From positions 1 to 48,807 of the forward strand of contig JBMFLH010000004.1 of assembly GCA_049971295.1 (NCBI GenBank): a DNA stretch of 48,807 nt, given 5' to 3'. Shown piece by piece: positions 8,529 to 19,700 of this stretch. Under the pieces are notes generated by a model that was not told where the DNA came from, searched no databases, and saw only the letters and a program-made list of their open reading frames with translations. The translations under genes were made by a program, and so were the position numbers. Every line of letters begins with the position of its first letter. Position 1 is the first letter of the stretch. The stretch is from Candidatus Ratteibacteria bacterium (lineage in GTDB: Bacteria; Ratteibacteria; UBA8468; B48-G9; DTJG01).

Positions 8529-10250
8529 ATGAAACGTTTTGAAGGGATTCCTGTTTCTGGTGGGATTGCAATAGGACAACTGAAATTGATCAAGAATGTC
8601 TTTTTGCTTCCGCCTGAAAAAAAAATCACAGAAAAACAGGTTGACTCTGAAATTGAAAAGTTTGAGAATGCCCTGAAGAACGCAGAAAAAGATATTTTTG
8701 AAACACAGAAAAAAGTGTCTTCTGTTCTCGGGAAAAAATATGCTGAAATTTTTGCGATCCATTCAATGTTTCTGCAGGACAAATTTTTAAGAGAACAAAC
8801 GATCCGTAACATCAGAACAGATCAGATTGAGGCAATTCATGCCTTTCATAAAACTATAGAGAATCTTCAGGCGCTTTTTGGTAAGACAGATGAGGATCTT
8901 GCAAAGGATAGAAGAAGGGATCTTCTTGATGTTGCTGAAAGAGTTTTTTCTTATCTGAGAGACGAGAAAAAAGAAAGAGTTTTTGATAAGCCAGTGATTA
9001 TTGTTGCGCACGACCTTTCGCCATCACAGACAGTTTCGTTTGAAAAGAAATATGTGCTTGGGTTTGCAACAGAAATGGGTAGTGAAACATCTCATACGGC
9101 AATAATGGCAAAGGCGCTTGAAATTCCATCTGTTGTTGGACTTGGAAATATTTTGCAGGATATCGTTGAAGGGCAGGATGCAATTCTTGATGGAACAGAG
9201 GGTTATTTGATTATTAATCCTTCATCAACGGTTCTCAAGGAGTACAGGAAAAAAAGGGCTCAATTGATCAAGCAACGTAGAACCTTTTACCTTACCAGGA
9301 AACTTGAAGCACAGACCAAAGATGGAGTGAAAATTAATCTGATGGCTAACATTTCCCTCCCAGAAGAAGCAACAACAGCTTTGAAATATGGCGCTGAAGG
9401 TATAGGTCTTTTTCGTACAGAATTTCTTTTTCTTAACAGAAACGATTTGCCCTCCGAAGATGAACAATATGAGTCGTATAGAAGGGTTGCTTCAATCATG
9501 GCGGGCAGACAGGTTGTGATTCGAACGCTTGATATCGGTGGTGACAAATTTATGTCTTCTTTTCAGTCCTCAATGGATCTTAATCCTTTTCTTGGCTGGC
9601 GCGCCATCAGATTTTGTCTCAGTCGTAAAGACATTTTCAAGACCCAGTTAAAGGCGATTTTAAGGGCAGGATATCATGGAAATTTCAAAATTATGATTCC
9701 TATGGTTTCCACTTTTGAAGAAATCAAGAAAACCCGTCAGATTATCGCAGAATCGATACGTGAGTTAAAAAAAGAAAGGAAACAGTTTAAAATCCTGCCG
9801 GTTGGAATTATGATTGAAATTCCATCGGCAGCACTCCAGGCAGAATCTTTTGCAAAGGAAGCAGATTTCTTCAGTCTCGGTACAAATGACCTCATTCAAT
9901 ACACGATTGCTGTGGACAGGATTAATGAGAAAATTTCTTATTTATATCAGCCCTGTAATCCAGGCGTGTTAAAGCTTATCATTATGACTGTTGAGGCAGC
10001 CAGAAAGGCGAATATTGAAGTAAGTGTATGCGGTGAAACAGCGTCTCTGCCAGAAACTGTGGTATTCTTCACAGGTATTGGAATCAGAAATCTCAGTATG
10101 GCGCCTGCTGCGATTCCACAGATCAAACAGTTAATACGCAGGATTTCTTATGATAGAGCAAAAGAATTATCCGAAAGGATTTTCAATTTTACCACGCACA
10201 AAGAGATATTTGAGTTTTTGAAAAACAATATAGAAAAGGACCTGTTATGA
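8529..10250 (+). CDS. ptsI: PEP-protein phosphotransferase, PTS enzyme I
   Basis: TSHTAIMA phospho-His, GIGLFRTEFLF, NPFLGWRAIR, GTNDLIQY, VCGE; no N-terminal GAF domain. Confidence 0.95.
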   Translation: MKRFEGIPVSGGIAIGQLKLIKNVFLLPPEKKITEKQVDSEIEKFENALKNAEKDIFETQKKVSSVLGKKYAEIFAIHSMFLQDKFLREQTIRNIRTDQIEAIHAFHKTIENLQALFGKTDEDLAKDRRRDLLDVAERVFSYLRDEKKERVFDKPVIIVAHDLSPSQTVSFEKKYVLGFATEMGSETSHTAIMAKALEIPSVVGLGNILQDIVEGQDAILDGTEGYLIINPSSTVLKEYRKKRAQLIKQRRTFYLTRKLEAQTKDGVKINLMANISLPEEATTALKYGAEGIGLFRTEFLFLNRNDLPSEDEQYESYRRVASIMAGRQVVIRTLDIGGDKFMSSFQSSMDLNPFLGWRAIRFCLSRKDIFKTQLKAILRAGYHGNFKIMIPMVSTFEEIKKTRQIIAESIRELKKERKQFKILPVGIMIEIPSAALQAESFAKEADFFSLGTNDLIQYTIAVDRINEKISYLYQPCNPGVLKLIIMTVEAARKANIEVSVCGETASLPETVVFFTGIGIRNLSMAPAAIPQIKQLIRRISYDRAKELSERIFNFTTHKEIFEFLKNNIEKDLL

Positions 10251-11293
10251 TTATGAACAACAGAAACATTATACAGAAAATTGATAAAAGTGGAATGCTG
10301 GAACTTCTTGGAAAATTTGCTCTTCAATGCAAAAAGGCAGATAGCATTGAAGTATCTTGTGTGCCTCAAAAGGAATATGATTGTATCGTCTGGGCTGCTA
10401 TGGGAGGATCTGCTATAGCAGGAGACATGTTAAAACAGATTGTTGAACAGAATTGTTTCATGCCATTTATTGTCCATAGAAATTATGGATTACCGAAGTT
10501 TGTTTCAAACAAATCTCTGGTGTTGGGGATTAGTTATTCCGGAGATACAGAAGAAACGTGTGACGCCTGCATAGAAGCTGTGAATCGTGGAGCGACGGTC
10601 TGGACACTCTCAAGCGGTGGAAAACTTGAAAAATTTGCAAGGAATAAAAAAATACCTCATGTAAAAATACCGGCCGGACAACCTCCTCGTTGCAGTTTGG
10701 GATATTTATTTTTCCCTCCAGCGAATCTTCTTTTTATGCTGGGATATATCAAAAAAATTGAAGTGGAAAAAATTGCAGAGATTGCGGACATATGCACGAA
10801 AAAATACGGTGTTGATAATCAGGAGAACAATATTGCAAAGGAATTTGCAAGAAAAATACATAATAAAAATGTTGTGATATACTCTGGTGATTTTCTTTCT
10901 CCAGTTGCACTCAGGTGGAAGACGCAACTGGCTGAAAACAGTAAGCACATGGCTTCAGTGAATGTTGTTCCCGAAATGAATCATAACGAGATTATGGCGT
11001 GGAATTTTCCCTCTCATTACGTAAAAAACAGTATTGTGTTTTTTCTGTGCGACAGAAGTGATCACGAGAGGATAAAAGTGAGAATGGATTTGACCGCTGA
11101 CATACTTAACAAAAAATCGATCCTGGTCCAGAAACTTGAAAGTGATGAGCCAGAACCAGTGCAGAGAATGTTTGCCCTTTTGCTTCTCGGAGACTGGATT
11201 AGTTTTTATTTGGCGTTATTGAACGGCGTGGACCCAACTGAAATTAAGGAGATATCTTATTTAAAAACAAAACTTTCGTCTTCGAATCAATAA
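10247..11293 (+). CDS. Bifunctional phosphoglucose/phosphomannose isomerase
   Basis: AMGGSAIAG, SYSGDTEET, PPR, RWKTQLAENSK, PEMNHNEI, GVDPT. Confidence 0.9.
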   Translation: MIMNNRNIIQKIDKSGMLELLGKFALQCKKADSIEVSCVPQKEYDCIVWAAMGGSAIAGDMLKQIVEQNCFMPFIVHRNYGLPKFVSNKSLVLGISYSGDTEETCDACIEAVNRGATVWTLSSGGKLEKFARNKKIPHVKIPAGQPPRCSLGYLFFPPANLLFMLGYIKKIEVEKIAEIADICTKKYGVDNQENNIAKEFARKIHNKNVVIYSGDFLSPVALRWKTQLAENSKHMASVNVVPEMNHNEIMAWNFPSHYVKNSIVFFLCDRSDHERIKVRMDLTADILNKKSILVQKLESDEPEPVQRMFALLLLGDWISFYLALLNGVDPTEIKEISYLKTKLSSSNQ

Positions 11294-11311
11294 ATATTGA
11301 TAGGAGGGTCA

Positions 11312-12448
11312 ATGAGGGAATTTTATTTTACATCTGAATCTGTCACAGAAGGACATCCTGACAAAATATGCGACCAGGTGTCAGATGCAATTCTGGACGG
11401 TGTGTTGAGACAGGATTGTAATGGTCGGGTAGCGTGTGAAACCCTCGTTACAAGGGGACTGCTGTTTATTGCTGGGGAAATCACCACAGAGGGATATGTG
11501 GAGATTCCGTCTCTTGTGAGAGAACTTTTGAAGGAGATAGGATATGTAGATATGGCATATGGATTTAATTATGATGCAAGCGCCATTATTACTGCAATTC
11601 AGGAACAGTCCCCTGATATTGCTCAGGGTGTTGATATTGGCGGCGCTGGAGATCAGGGAATGATGTTTGGATTTGCTACAAAAGAAACTCCACAGCTGAT
11701 GCCTCTTCCAATTATGCTGGCGCATGGCCTTGTGAAGAAACTTGCAGAGGTAAGAAAGAATAAGGTTTTGAACTATCTAAGACCAGATGGCAAATCTCAG
11801 GTGACAGTGAGATATGTTGACGATAAACCCGTGGAGGTGACAGCGGTGGTTATTTCTTCACAGCACGACGAGGGTGTATCGCAGGATAAAATTAGAGATG
11901 ATTTGAGACAGGCAGTGGTTGAACAGGTGATTCCGAGAGAACTGCTGGCAACCAATTATAAATTGTTTGTGAATCCCACTGGTCGATTTGTCATTGGTGG
12001 ACCGCAGGCTGACACAGGAGTGACTGGAAGAAAAATTATCGTTGACACCTATGGTGGGTTTGGAAAGCATGGAGGGGGATGTTTTTCAGGTAAAGACCCC
12101 ACAAAGGTTGACAGGACTGCCTCGTATTTTGCAAGGTATCTTGCAAAAAATATCGTGGCATCAGGAGTGGCTGAAAAATGCGAGATTCAACTTTCATATG
12201 TGATAGGACAGAAACAACCAGTTTCCATTATGTTAAATATGTTTGATACCGAGAAGGTGCCAGCAGACAAGATTATAGAAATAATAAGAAAAAATCTTGA
12301 TCTGTCTCCTTCTGGTATGATAAAGAAACTGAATCTTCTCAGGCCGATTTTTAGAAAAACGGCCTGTTATGGACACTTTGGAAGAGAAGAGGAAGAATTT
12401 ACCTGGGAGAAAACAGATATTACTGATCTTTTTGCAAGCGCGTTATAA
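11312..12448 (+). CDS. metK: S-adenosylmethionine synthetase
   Basis: [40 protein letters not shown]; ATG 11312 follows GGAGGG. Confidence 0.97.
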   Translation: MREFYFTSESVTEGHPDKICDQVSDAILDGVLRQDCNGRVACETLVTRGLLFIAGEITTEGYVEIPSLVRELLKEIGYVDMAYGFNYDASAIITAIQEQSPDIAQGVDIGGAGDQGMMFGFATKETPQLMPLPIMLAHGLVKKLAEVRKNKVLNYLRPDGKSQVTVRYVDDKPVEVTAVVISSQHDEGVSQDKIRDDLRQAVVEQVIPRELLATNYKLFVNPTGRFVIGGPQADTGVTGRKIIVDTYGGFGKHGGGCFSGKDPTKVDRTASYFARYLAKNIVASGVAEKCEIQLSYVIGQKQPVSIMLNMFDTEKVPADKIIEIIRKNLDLSPSGMIKKLNLLRPIFRKTACYGHFGREEEEFTWEKTDITDLFASAL

Positions 12449-12460
12449 AAGGAGGTCGGT

Positions 12461-13717
12461 CTGAAAAAAAGAATATATTATGATATCAGGGATATTAAAC
12501 TTGCCACACGCGGCAGGAAAAGAATTGAATGGGCGCTTCGTGAGATGCCGGTAGTCAGATTATTGCGTGAGGAAGAATCTCCAGCATTATTTAAGAATCT
12601 TGTCATTGGAGCGTGCCTTCACATTACCACTGAGACAGCAAATCTTGTGATTACCCTGAAGAAATGTGGTGCAGAGGTCTATCTTACAGCATCCAACCCT
12701 TTAAGCACACAGGATGATGTGGCAGCGTGCCTTGTAAAGGATTACGGGATTTCTGTTTTTGGAATAAAGGGAGAAGATACCAGGACTTATGCCCGACACA
12801 TCAAGGAAGTTGCAACGAAAAATGTTCATCTTGTTATCGACGATGGAGCAGATCTTATAGCATTTCTTCACAACAATCCGTCCCTGGCAAAAAATGTTAT
12901 TGGCGCAACAGAAGAAACCACGACCGGCATTAACAGGATTAAAAATATCGAGAAGGAAGGAAAACTTCTCTTTCCTGTTATTGGAGTAAATGAAGCATTA
13001 ACAAAATACATGTTTGATAATAGATACGGAACAGGGCAGTCAACCATTGATGGGATTTTGAGGGCGACCAATATCTTGATCGCAGGAAAAACTGTTGTTG
13101 TTTGTGGATATGGCTGGTGCGGTAGGGGGATTGCGAAAAATCTCAAAGGACTCGGCGCAAATGTCATTGTGACAGAAGTTTCTCCTTTGAGAGCTCTTGA
13201 AGCAGTGATGGATGGTTTCCGGGTGATGCCGGTGAAAGAGGCAGCTTGTTGTGGCGATATATTTATCACCGCAACAGGAAATGCAAAGGTAATCTCCGAA
13301 AATGTTTTTGACAGAATGAAGGATGGAGTGATTCTTGCCAACGCGGGACATTTCAATGTGGAGATTGATATTGAAATACTTCAGAAAATATCAAAAAAAA
13401 TTTCTGAAGTGAAACCATTGGTAAAGGAGTTCATCCTGAAAACAGGAAAGAGAATTTATCTTCTCGCTGAAGGCAGGCTGGTGAACCTGGGTTGTGCCGA
13501 AGGGCATCCTTCATCTGTCATGGATATGAGTTTTGCAGGACAATTTTTGAGTTTAAAGTATTTTGTAGAAAATCCAGGACTTCCAGCAAAGTATCGCACA
13601 GTGCCTGATGAGATTGACAGCAGGATTGCATTGTTAAAATTAAATAGCATGGGTATCAAAATCGATGCCTTAACATCGTACCAGAAGAAATATCTAAATT
13701 CCTGGAATTTGAAGTAA
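12461..13717 (+). CDS. ahcY: S-adenosylhomocysteine hydrolase (probable CTG start)
   Basis: CLHITTET, SNPLSTQD, EETTTG, FDNRYGTGQS, GYGWCGRG, NLGCAEGHP. The conserved N-terminus (YDIRDIKLATRGRKRIEWALREMP) extends 28 codons upstream of ATG 12545 to CTG 12461, behind AAGGAGGT. Confidence 0.93.
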   Translation: MKKRIYYDIRDIKLATRGRKRIEWALREMPVVRLLREEESPALFKNLVIGACLHITTETANLVITLKKCGAEVYLTASNPLSTQDDVAACLVKDYGISVFGIKGEDTRTYARHIKEVATKNVHLVIDDGADLIAFLHNNPSLAKNVIGATEETTTGINRIKNIEKEGKLLFPVIGVNEALTKYMFDNRYGTGQSTIDGILRATNILIAGKTVVVCGYGWCGRGIAKNLKGLGANVIVTEVSPLRALEAVMDGFRVMPVKEAACCGDIFITATGNAKVISENVFDRMKDGVILANAGHFNVEIDIEILQKISKKISEVKPLVKEFILKTGKRIYLLAEGRLVNLGCAEGHPSSVMDMSFAGQFLSLKYFVENPGLPAKYRTVPDEIDSRIALLKLNSMGIKIDALTSYQKKYLNSWNLK

Positions 13718-14334
13718 TGGTTCGTATCGGTTTGACCGGGGTTTTTGGGTCTGGAAAATCAACGGTTTCCCAAATTTTAAAAAAAATGGGTATCCCGGTT
13801 ATTTCGTGCGACGCCATTGTGAATCGTCTTTTAAAAACAGAAAAGATAAAAGAAAAAATTGCTGAAAATTTTGGTCGCGAGTACTTCCTTAAAGATGGAA
13901 GTATTGATAAGAAGAAACTTGCGGGTTTGGTCTTTTCTTCGTCTTTGAAGCGTGAGCGTCTTAATGAAATTATACATCCGCATGTGTTTGAAATAATGGA
14001 AAAAAAACTTGACACTTACAGGAAAAGGTGTAAAATGGCAGTGGTAGTTGAAATACCTCTTCTCTTTGAAACCCGAAGTGAAAAAAAATTCGACGTAATT
14101 ATCACTGTTTTTTCCCCTTATGAGTTAATAAAAGAACGGTTAAAAAAAAGGTATTCTCCGCAGGAAATAGAAATGCGCTTGAAGTCGCAAATGCCTTTAG
14201 AGAAAAAAATGCGTTTGTCTGATTATGTTATTGATAACTCAGGTTCTCTTTCTGAAACCCGTAAACATGTAAAAACGATATTACAAGAAATAATGAGGAG
14301 GCACTCAATATGTCAGAAGAAATCAAAGAATTAA
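13717..14334 (+). CDS. coaE: Dephospho-CoA kinase
   Basis: [41 protein letters not shown]. Confidence 0.93.
   Translation: MVRIGLTGVFGSGKSTVSQILKKMGIPVISCDAIVNRLLKTEKIKEKIAENFGREYFLKDGSIDKKKLAGLVFSSSLKRERLNEIIHPHVFEIMEKKLDTYRKRCKMAVVVEIPLLFETRSEKKFDVIITVFSPYELIKERLKKRYSPQEIEMRLKSQMPLEKKMRLSDYVIDNSGSLSETRKHVKTILQEIMRRHSICQKKSKN
14009..14036 (+). promoter_or_regulatory. Candidate internal sigma70 promoter inside coaE, upstream of rho
   Basis: TTGACA (14009-14014)-N16-TAAAAT (14031-14036), preceded by an A-tract. Confidence 0.5.
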
Positions 14335-15596
14335 ACATCGCAGTTTTGAAGAAAACAGCAATTTCGAGGTTGCAAAAACTTGCAAGGGATATGGGGATCA
14401 ATGGCGTTAGTGGTTTAACAAAGGAAGACCTGATTTATAGAATCATGCAAGCCCAGGCAGAGAAAAATGGCTTGTTGTTTGGAGAAGGAGTTCTTGAAAT
14501 TCTGCCTGATGGATTTGGTTTTCTTCGTTCTTCTAACCACAACTATCTTCCAGGACCTGATGATATCTATGTTTCACCTTCACAGATAAAAAAATTCGGG
14601 TTGAAAACAGGAGACACTGTATCCGGCCAGATCAGGCCTCCAAAAGAAAATGAAAAATATTTTGCACTTTTGAAGGTTGAAATGGTCAATGCCGAAGAAC
14701 CAGAAAAAATTCAAGACCGCATTCCTTTTGAAGAATTAACGCCAATTCATCCTAACAAACGGTTTATTCTTGAAACAAACCCGGAAGAGATCACGACCCG
14801 CGTGATTGACCTTATCTGCCCCATAGGAAAGGGTCAGAGGGGACTCATTGTGTCTCCGCCAAGAGCAGGTAAAACCGTAATTCTTCAAAAAATTGCCAAT
14901 GCCATTGCAACAAACAATCCAGAGGTTCATCTGATAGTGCTTCTTGTTGGTGAAAGACCTGAAGAGGTTACTGAAATGAAGAGATCCGTGAAGGGAGAGG
15001 TCGTCAGCGCAACCTTTGATGAACCGCCTGACAGACATGTTCAGGTTGCAGAGATTGCGCTTGAAAGGGCCAAAAGGCTTGTGGAACACAAAAAGGACGT
15101 TGTGATTCTACTTGATAGTATCACACGACTTGCCAGAGCGCACAATGTGCTGGTTCCTCATAGTGGCAAGATTATGACTGGCGGGCTTGAATCAAACGCA
15201 CTTGACAAGCCAAAGAGATTTTTTGGTTCAGCAAGAAACGTTGAAGAAGGAGGTAGTTTAACAATTCTCGGAACAGCACTTATTGATACAGGAAGTAAGA
15301 TGGATGATGTGATTTTTGAAGAGTTTAAGGGAACAGGAAATATGGAAATTAATCTTGATAGAAAACTTGCGGACAGAAGGACATTTCCTGCCATAGATAT
15401 CAATCGTTCAGGGACAAGAAGGGAAGAACTTCTTGTGAATCCTGAAGAACTTCAATTAATATGGCTGTTGCGAAAAATTCTTGCACCATTGAATCCTGTG
15501 GAAGCAATGGAATTGTTAATTTCAAGGTTAAAGTCAACCCGTTCGAATATTGAACTATTAATGAGCTTAAAACAGGCAAGAGAAACATCAAGGTGA
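14310..15596 (+). CDS. rho: Transcription termination factor Rho
   Basis: [60 protein letters not shown]. Confidence 0.98.
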   Translation: MSEEIKELNIAVLKKTAISRLQKLARDMGINGVSGLTKEDLIYRIMQAQAEKNGLLFGEGVLEILPDGFGFLRSSNHNYLPGPDDIYVSPSQIKKFGLKTGDTVSGQIRPPKENEKYFALLKVEMVNAEEPEKIQDRIPFEELTPIHPNKRFILETNPEEITTRVIDLICPIGKGQRGLIVSPPRAGKTVILQKIANAIATNNPEVHLIVLLVGERPEEVTEMKRSVKGEVVSATFDEPPDRHVQVAEIALERAKRLVEHKKDVVILLDSITRLARAHNVLVPHSGKIMTGGLESNALDKPKRFFGSARNVEEGGSLTILGTALIDTGSKMDDVIFEEFKGTGNMEINLDRKLADRRTFPAIDINRSGTRREELLVNPEELQLIWLLRKILAPLNPVEAMELLISRLKSTRSNIELLMSLKQARETSR

Positions 15597-15609
15597 AAGG
15601 AGGCATTTT

Positions 15610-16773
15610 ATGGGAATGTGGATTGGAAGAGGTCGTAAGGCGCGTGTGTGTTATGGATTTGATGATATTTCCCTTGTACCCGGAAATATGACCATCAATC
15701 CTGCTGAGGTTGATATTTCTGTGATTATTGCTGGGAAACGGCTTGAGGTTCCAATCCTTGCTGCTGCGATGGATGGGGTGGTTGACCCTAAATTTGCAGT
15801 TGCATTTGGAAAATCTGGAGGACTGGCTGTTTTGAATCTTATGGGTATCTACACTCGTTATGATGACCCCTATTCAGTCATAGAGGAAATTATTGCCTGT
15901 CCGCAGGAAAAAGCCACTGCCTTGATTCAGAAAATTTACCATGAACCAGTGAAGGAAAATCTCATTGAAAAAAGAATTAAAGAAATCAAGGATGGTGGAG
16001 TGTTATGTGCGGTCAGTTCAATACCGCAACATGCTGAAAGATTTGGTGCTATTGCTCAGAAAGCAGGAGCTGATATTTTTGTTGTTCAAGCAACAGTGAC
16101 AACTGCGAAACATATTTCAAGTACTTATAAACCCCTTGATTTTTTTGAATTCTGTTCTTCTATGAAAATTCCAGTTATCGTGGGCAATTGCGTCACATAT
16201 CAGGTTGCTTTGGAATTGATGGAGACCGGTATTTCCGGACTGCTTATTGGTATTGGACCGGGTGCTGCCTGTACAACAAGAGAAGTACTCGGGATAGGAG
16301 TACCGCAGGTTGCTGCGACTGTTGATTGTGCCGCAGCAAGGGACTTCTTTTACAAACGAACAGGAAAATATATCCCAATTATCACTGATGGGGGTATGAT
16401 TACCAGTGGTGACATATGCAAGGCATTTGCGTGTGGAGCAGATGCTGTGATGGTTGGTTCTGCATTCGTAAGGGCAAATGAAGCGCCAGGGAAAGGATAT
16501 CACTGGGGTATGGCAACATCTGACGAAAATTTGCCACGAGGAACAAGAATCCGACTTGGTACCACTGGATCTGTAAGACAAATATTATTTGGACCATCAA
16601 ATACAGATGACGGTTCACAGAATCTTGTCGGCGCCCTGCGACTTTCAATGGCAAGTCTTGGCGCAAAAAATATAAAAGAACTACAGCTGGTTGAAATTGC
16701 GATTGCTCCTTCAATTAAAACAGAAGGGAAAATTTATCAGGTTGCAAAGAAACAGGCGATGATCGGAAAATGA
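15610..16773 (+). CDS. guaB: GuaB3-type IMP dehydrogenase family protein (no CBS pair)
   Basis: IGRGRKAR..YGFDDISLVP N-terminus, AMDGVV, GIGPGAACTT catalytic loop, HWGMAT...LPRGTR. Confidence 0.85.
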   Translation: MGMWIGRGRKARVCYGFDDISLVPGNMTINPAEVDISVIIAGKRLEVPILAAAMDGVVDPKFAVAFGKSGGLAVLNLMGIYTRYDDPYSVIEEIIACPQEKATALIQKIYHEPVKENLIEKRIKEIKDGGVLCAVSSIPQHAERFGAIAQKAGADIFVVQATVTTAKHISSTYKPLDFFEFCSSMKIPVIVGNCVTYQVALELMETGISGLLIGIGPGAACTTREVLGIGVPQVAATVDCAAARDFFYKRTGKYIPIITDGGMITSGDICKAFACGADAVMVGSAFVRANEAPGKGYHWGMATSDENLPRGTRIRLGTTGSVRQILFGPSNTDDGSQNLVGALRLSMASLGAKNIKELQLVEIAIAPSIKTEGKIYQVAKKQAMIGK

Positions 16774-19700
16774 AGGATTTTGTTCATCTTCATCTGCATA
16801 GCGAATATAGTTTACTCGATGGTATGTGTCGCATTGACGAGGTGACAAAAATCGCCCACCAGTATGAAATGCCAGGTGTTGCGATCACTGATCACGGTGC
16901 GCTATTTGGCGTGATTTCGTTTTATGAGAGTGCACTTAATCATGGTATAAAGCCAATCATTGGATGCGAGATGTATATGAGTCCTGGCAGCAGATTTGAA
17001 AAGAAAATCACAGATAAGAAAGAATATGCCTATCATCTGACTGTTCTGGCAGCCAACAACAAGGGTTATGAGAACCTGATAGAATTATCAACACTTTCTT
17101 ACATTGAGGGATATTACCACAAACCGAGAATTGACAGGGAGTTGCTTTCAAAATTTTCAGATGGGTTGATAATTTTAAGCGGTTGCCTTCAGAGCGAAAT
17201 TAATCAATTAATTCTTTCTGGAAACGAAGAAAGTGTATTGTCTACGCTACACTGGTATCTGGATGTTTTTGGGAAAGAACGCTTCTACCTTGAGTTGATG
17301 GAAAATGGAATTCGTGAACAGACAGAAGTAAATAAAAAGGTGATAGAGGTTGCAAGAAAAAATGGCATAAAGATTGTTGCCACCAATGACTGCCATTATC
17401 TCAGAAAAGATGATGTTTTTGCCCATGAGATTTTACTGTGTATTCAAACAGGAACTAATATAGAGGACGAGAATCGATTGAGATTCTCAAGCTCTGAATT
17501 TTATTTTAAGAGTCCTGAAGAAATGCAGTTGCTCTTTAAAGAAATTCCAGAAGCGACAAAAAACACCATTGAAATTTTTGAGAAGTGTAATGTAATTTTT
17601 AATTTTTCAACACACCATATTCCTCGTTTTCCTGTTCCAGATGGTTTATCAGACGCAGAATATCTTGAAAAACTTGTTTACGACGGTCTTCAGAAAAAAT
17701 TTGGTATGTCAATCGACCAGGAACATGAAATTACAAAAAGGGTCAGGTATGAATTGGATGTCATAAAAAAAATGAATTTTTCGGGCTACTTTTTGATTAT
17801 CCAGGATATTGTTAATGAGGCAAAAAAAAGAAAAATAGCCGTTGGACCGGGAAGGGGTTCAGGTCCTGGCAGTCTTGTTGCATATCTTCTTGGAATTACT
17901 GAGATTAATCCTTTGAAATACGATCTTCTATTTGAAAGGTTTCTTAATCCGGAGAGGATTTCAATGCCTGACATTGACCTTGATTTTGACGATACGAAAC
18001 GAGACCAGGTGATAGAGTATATCAGACAGAAATATGGTGAAAAAAATGTTGCCCAGATAGCAACATTTGGAACTATGGGCGCAAGGGCAGTGGTAAGGGA
18101 TGTTGGCAGGGCGTTAAAAATGGGCTATACAGAAGTTGACAGGATAGCAAAGCTAATTTCTTCAGAACCCGGAGCAGTTTTGAAAGAAGAACTGGCGAAC
18201 AATGAGGAAATCAAGCGAATGATCAAAGCAGATGACAGAGTGAAAAAACTATTTGACATTTCTATTGCTCTTGAAGGTCTGGCAAGGCATGCTTCAACCC
18301 ATGCCGCAGGTATTGTGATCACTGATATTCCGATATATAAGTATGTGCCTCTATTTCGAGGAACCAGGGGTGAGGTATCAAGTCAATTCGATATGATAGG
18401 CATTGAAAAAATGGGACTTCTCAAGATTGACATTCTTGGTTTAAAAAATCTTTCACTGATAGAAGAAGCCATTAATCTGGTAAAAATTCACAAAAAGGTG
18501 GAAATTACAGAATTTTCTGAAAACGATAAAAAGACCTATGATATGCTGTGCAGGGGAGAGTCCATAGGATTGTTTCAGATGGAAAGCCAGGGTATGCAGG
18601 AACTGTTGAGAAGGATTAAACCGAGAGTATTTGAAGACCTTATTGCAATACTTGCACTTTACAGACCCGGACCAATGCAAAGTGGAATGGTTGAACAATA
18701 TATTCAATACAAAAAAGACCCATCAAAAATCAGATATGACCATCCTTTGATGGAGTCAGTACTAAAATCCACTTATGGCGTGATTCTTTATCAGGAACAG
18801 GTAATGAAACTTGCCAGTGTGATTGGTAATTTCACAATGGCTGAGGCAGATATCCTGCGTAAGGCGATGGGTAAGAAAGACCCTGAGTTGCTTGAAAAAC
18901 AGAGAGAGAAATTTCTCAAGGGTGCAAAACAAAAAGGGATTCGTCAGGATGTGGCAGAGAAGATTTTTAATAATATGGCAAAGTTTGCTGGATATGGTTT
19001 TAATAAATCCCATAGTACCTGTTATGCAATGATTGCATATCAAACAGCATATTTGAAAGCAAATTATCCTCTTGAATATATGACAGCACTGCTGAACAGT
19101 GAGATTGGCAATGAAGATAAAATCAGGATGTATATTGAAGAAGCGGAAAGAATGAATATATGGGTTCTTCCGCCAGATATACAGGAAAGTCAAGAAAAAT
19201 TCTCAATAGTTGGAAACGATATACTTTTTGGTTTGTCAGCGATAAAAAATGTTGGACAGGGCGCAATTCAATCGATTCTTGAAGCAAGACAGCAGGGTAA
19301 ATTTGAATCACTGTTTGATTTCTGTCAGAGGGTGGATCTCAGGTTAATTAACAGAAAAGTGATAGAGAGCCTTATCAAGGCTGGTGCTTTTGATTCTTTT
19401 GAAGAACCAAGGTCTCATTTGTACGCCCTAATGGATGAAGCAATAGAACAGGGCAGTAGATTGCAAAAGCTTAACGCAGAGGGACAGCTTTCAATTTTCA
19501 CAAAAACAGAAAAATTTATACCGCCATCAATACATGATGCAATTTCTGAACTTCCTGAGTGGCCAGAATCTAAACTTCTTGCGTTTGAAAGAGAAATGCT
19601 TGGGGTTTACAGAACAGGACATCCCCTTGAAAATTGTCGTGAAACACTGTCGCATTTTGTCAATGCGTGGAGCAATCAGTTGAGTGAACTGACTGAAGGA

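Noticed and set aside
11294-11311. SAM riboswitch before metK
   Set aside because: Only 18 nt separate pgi/pmi from metK; no room and no motif.
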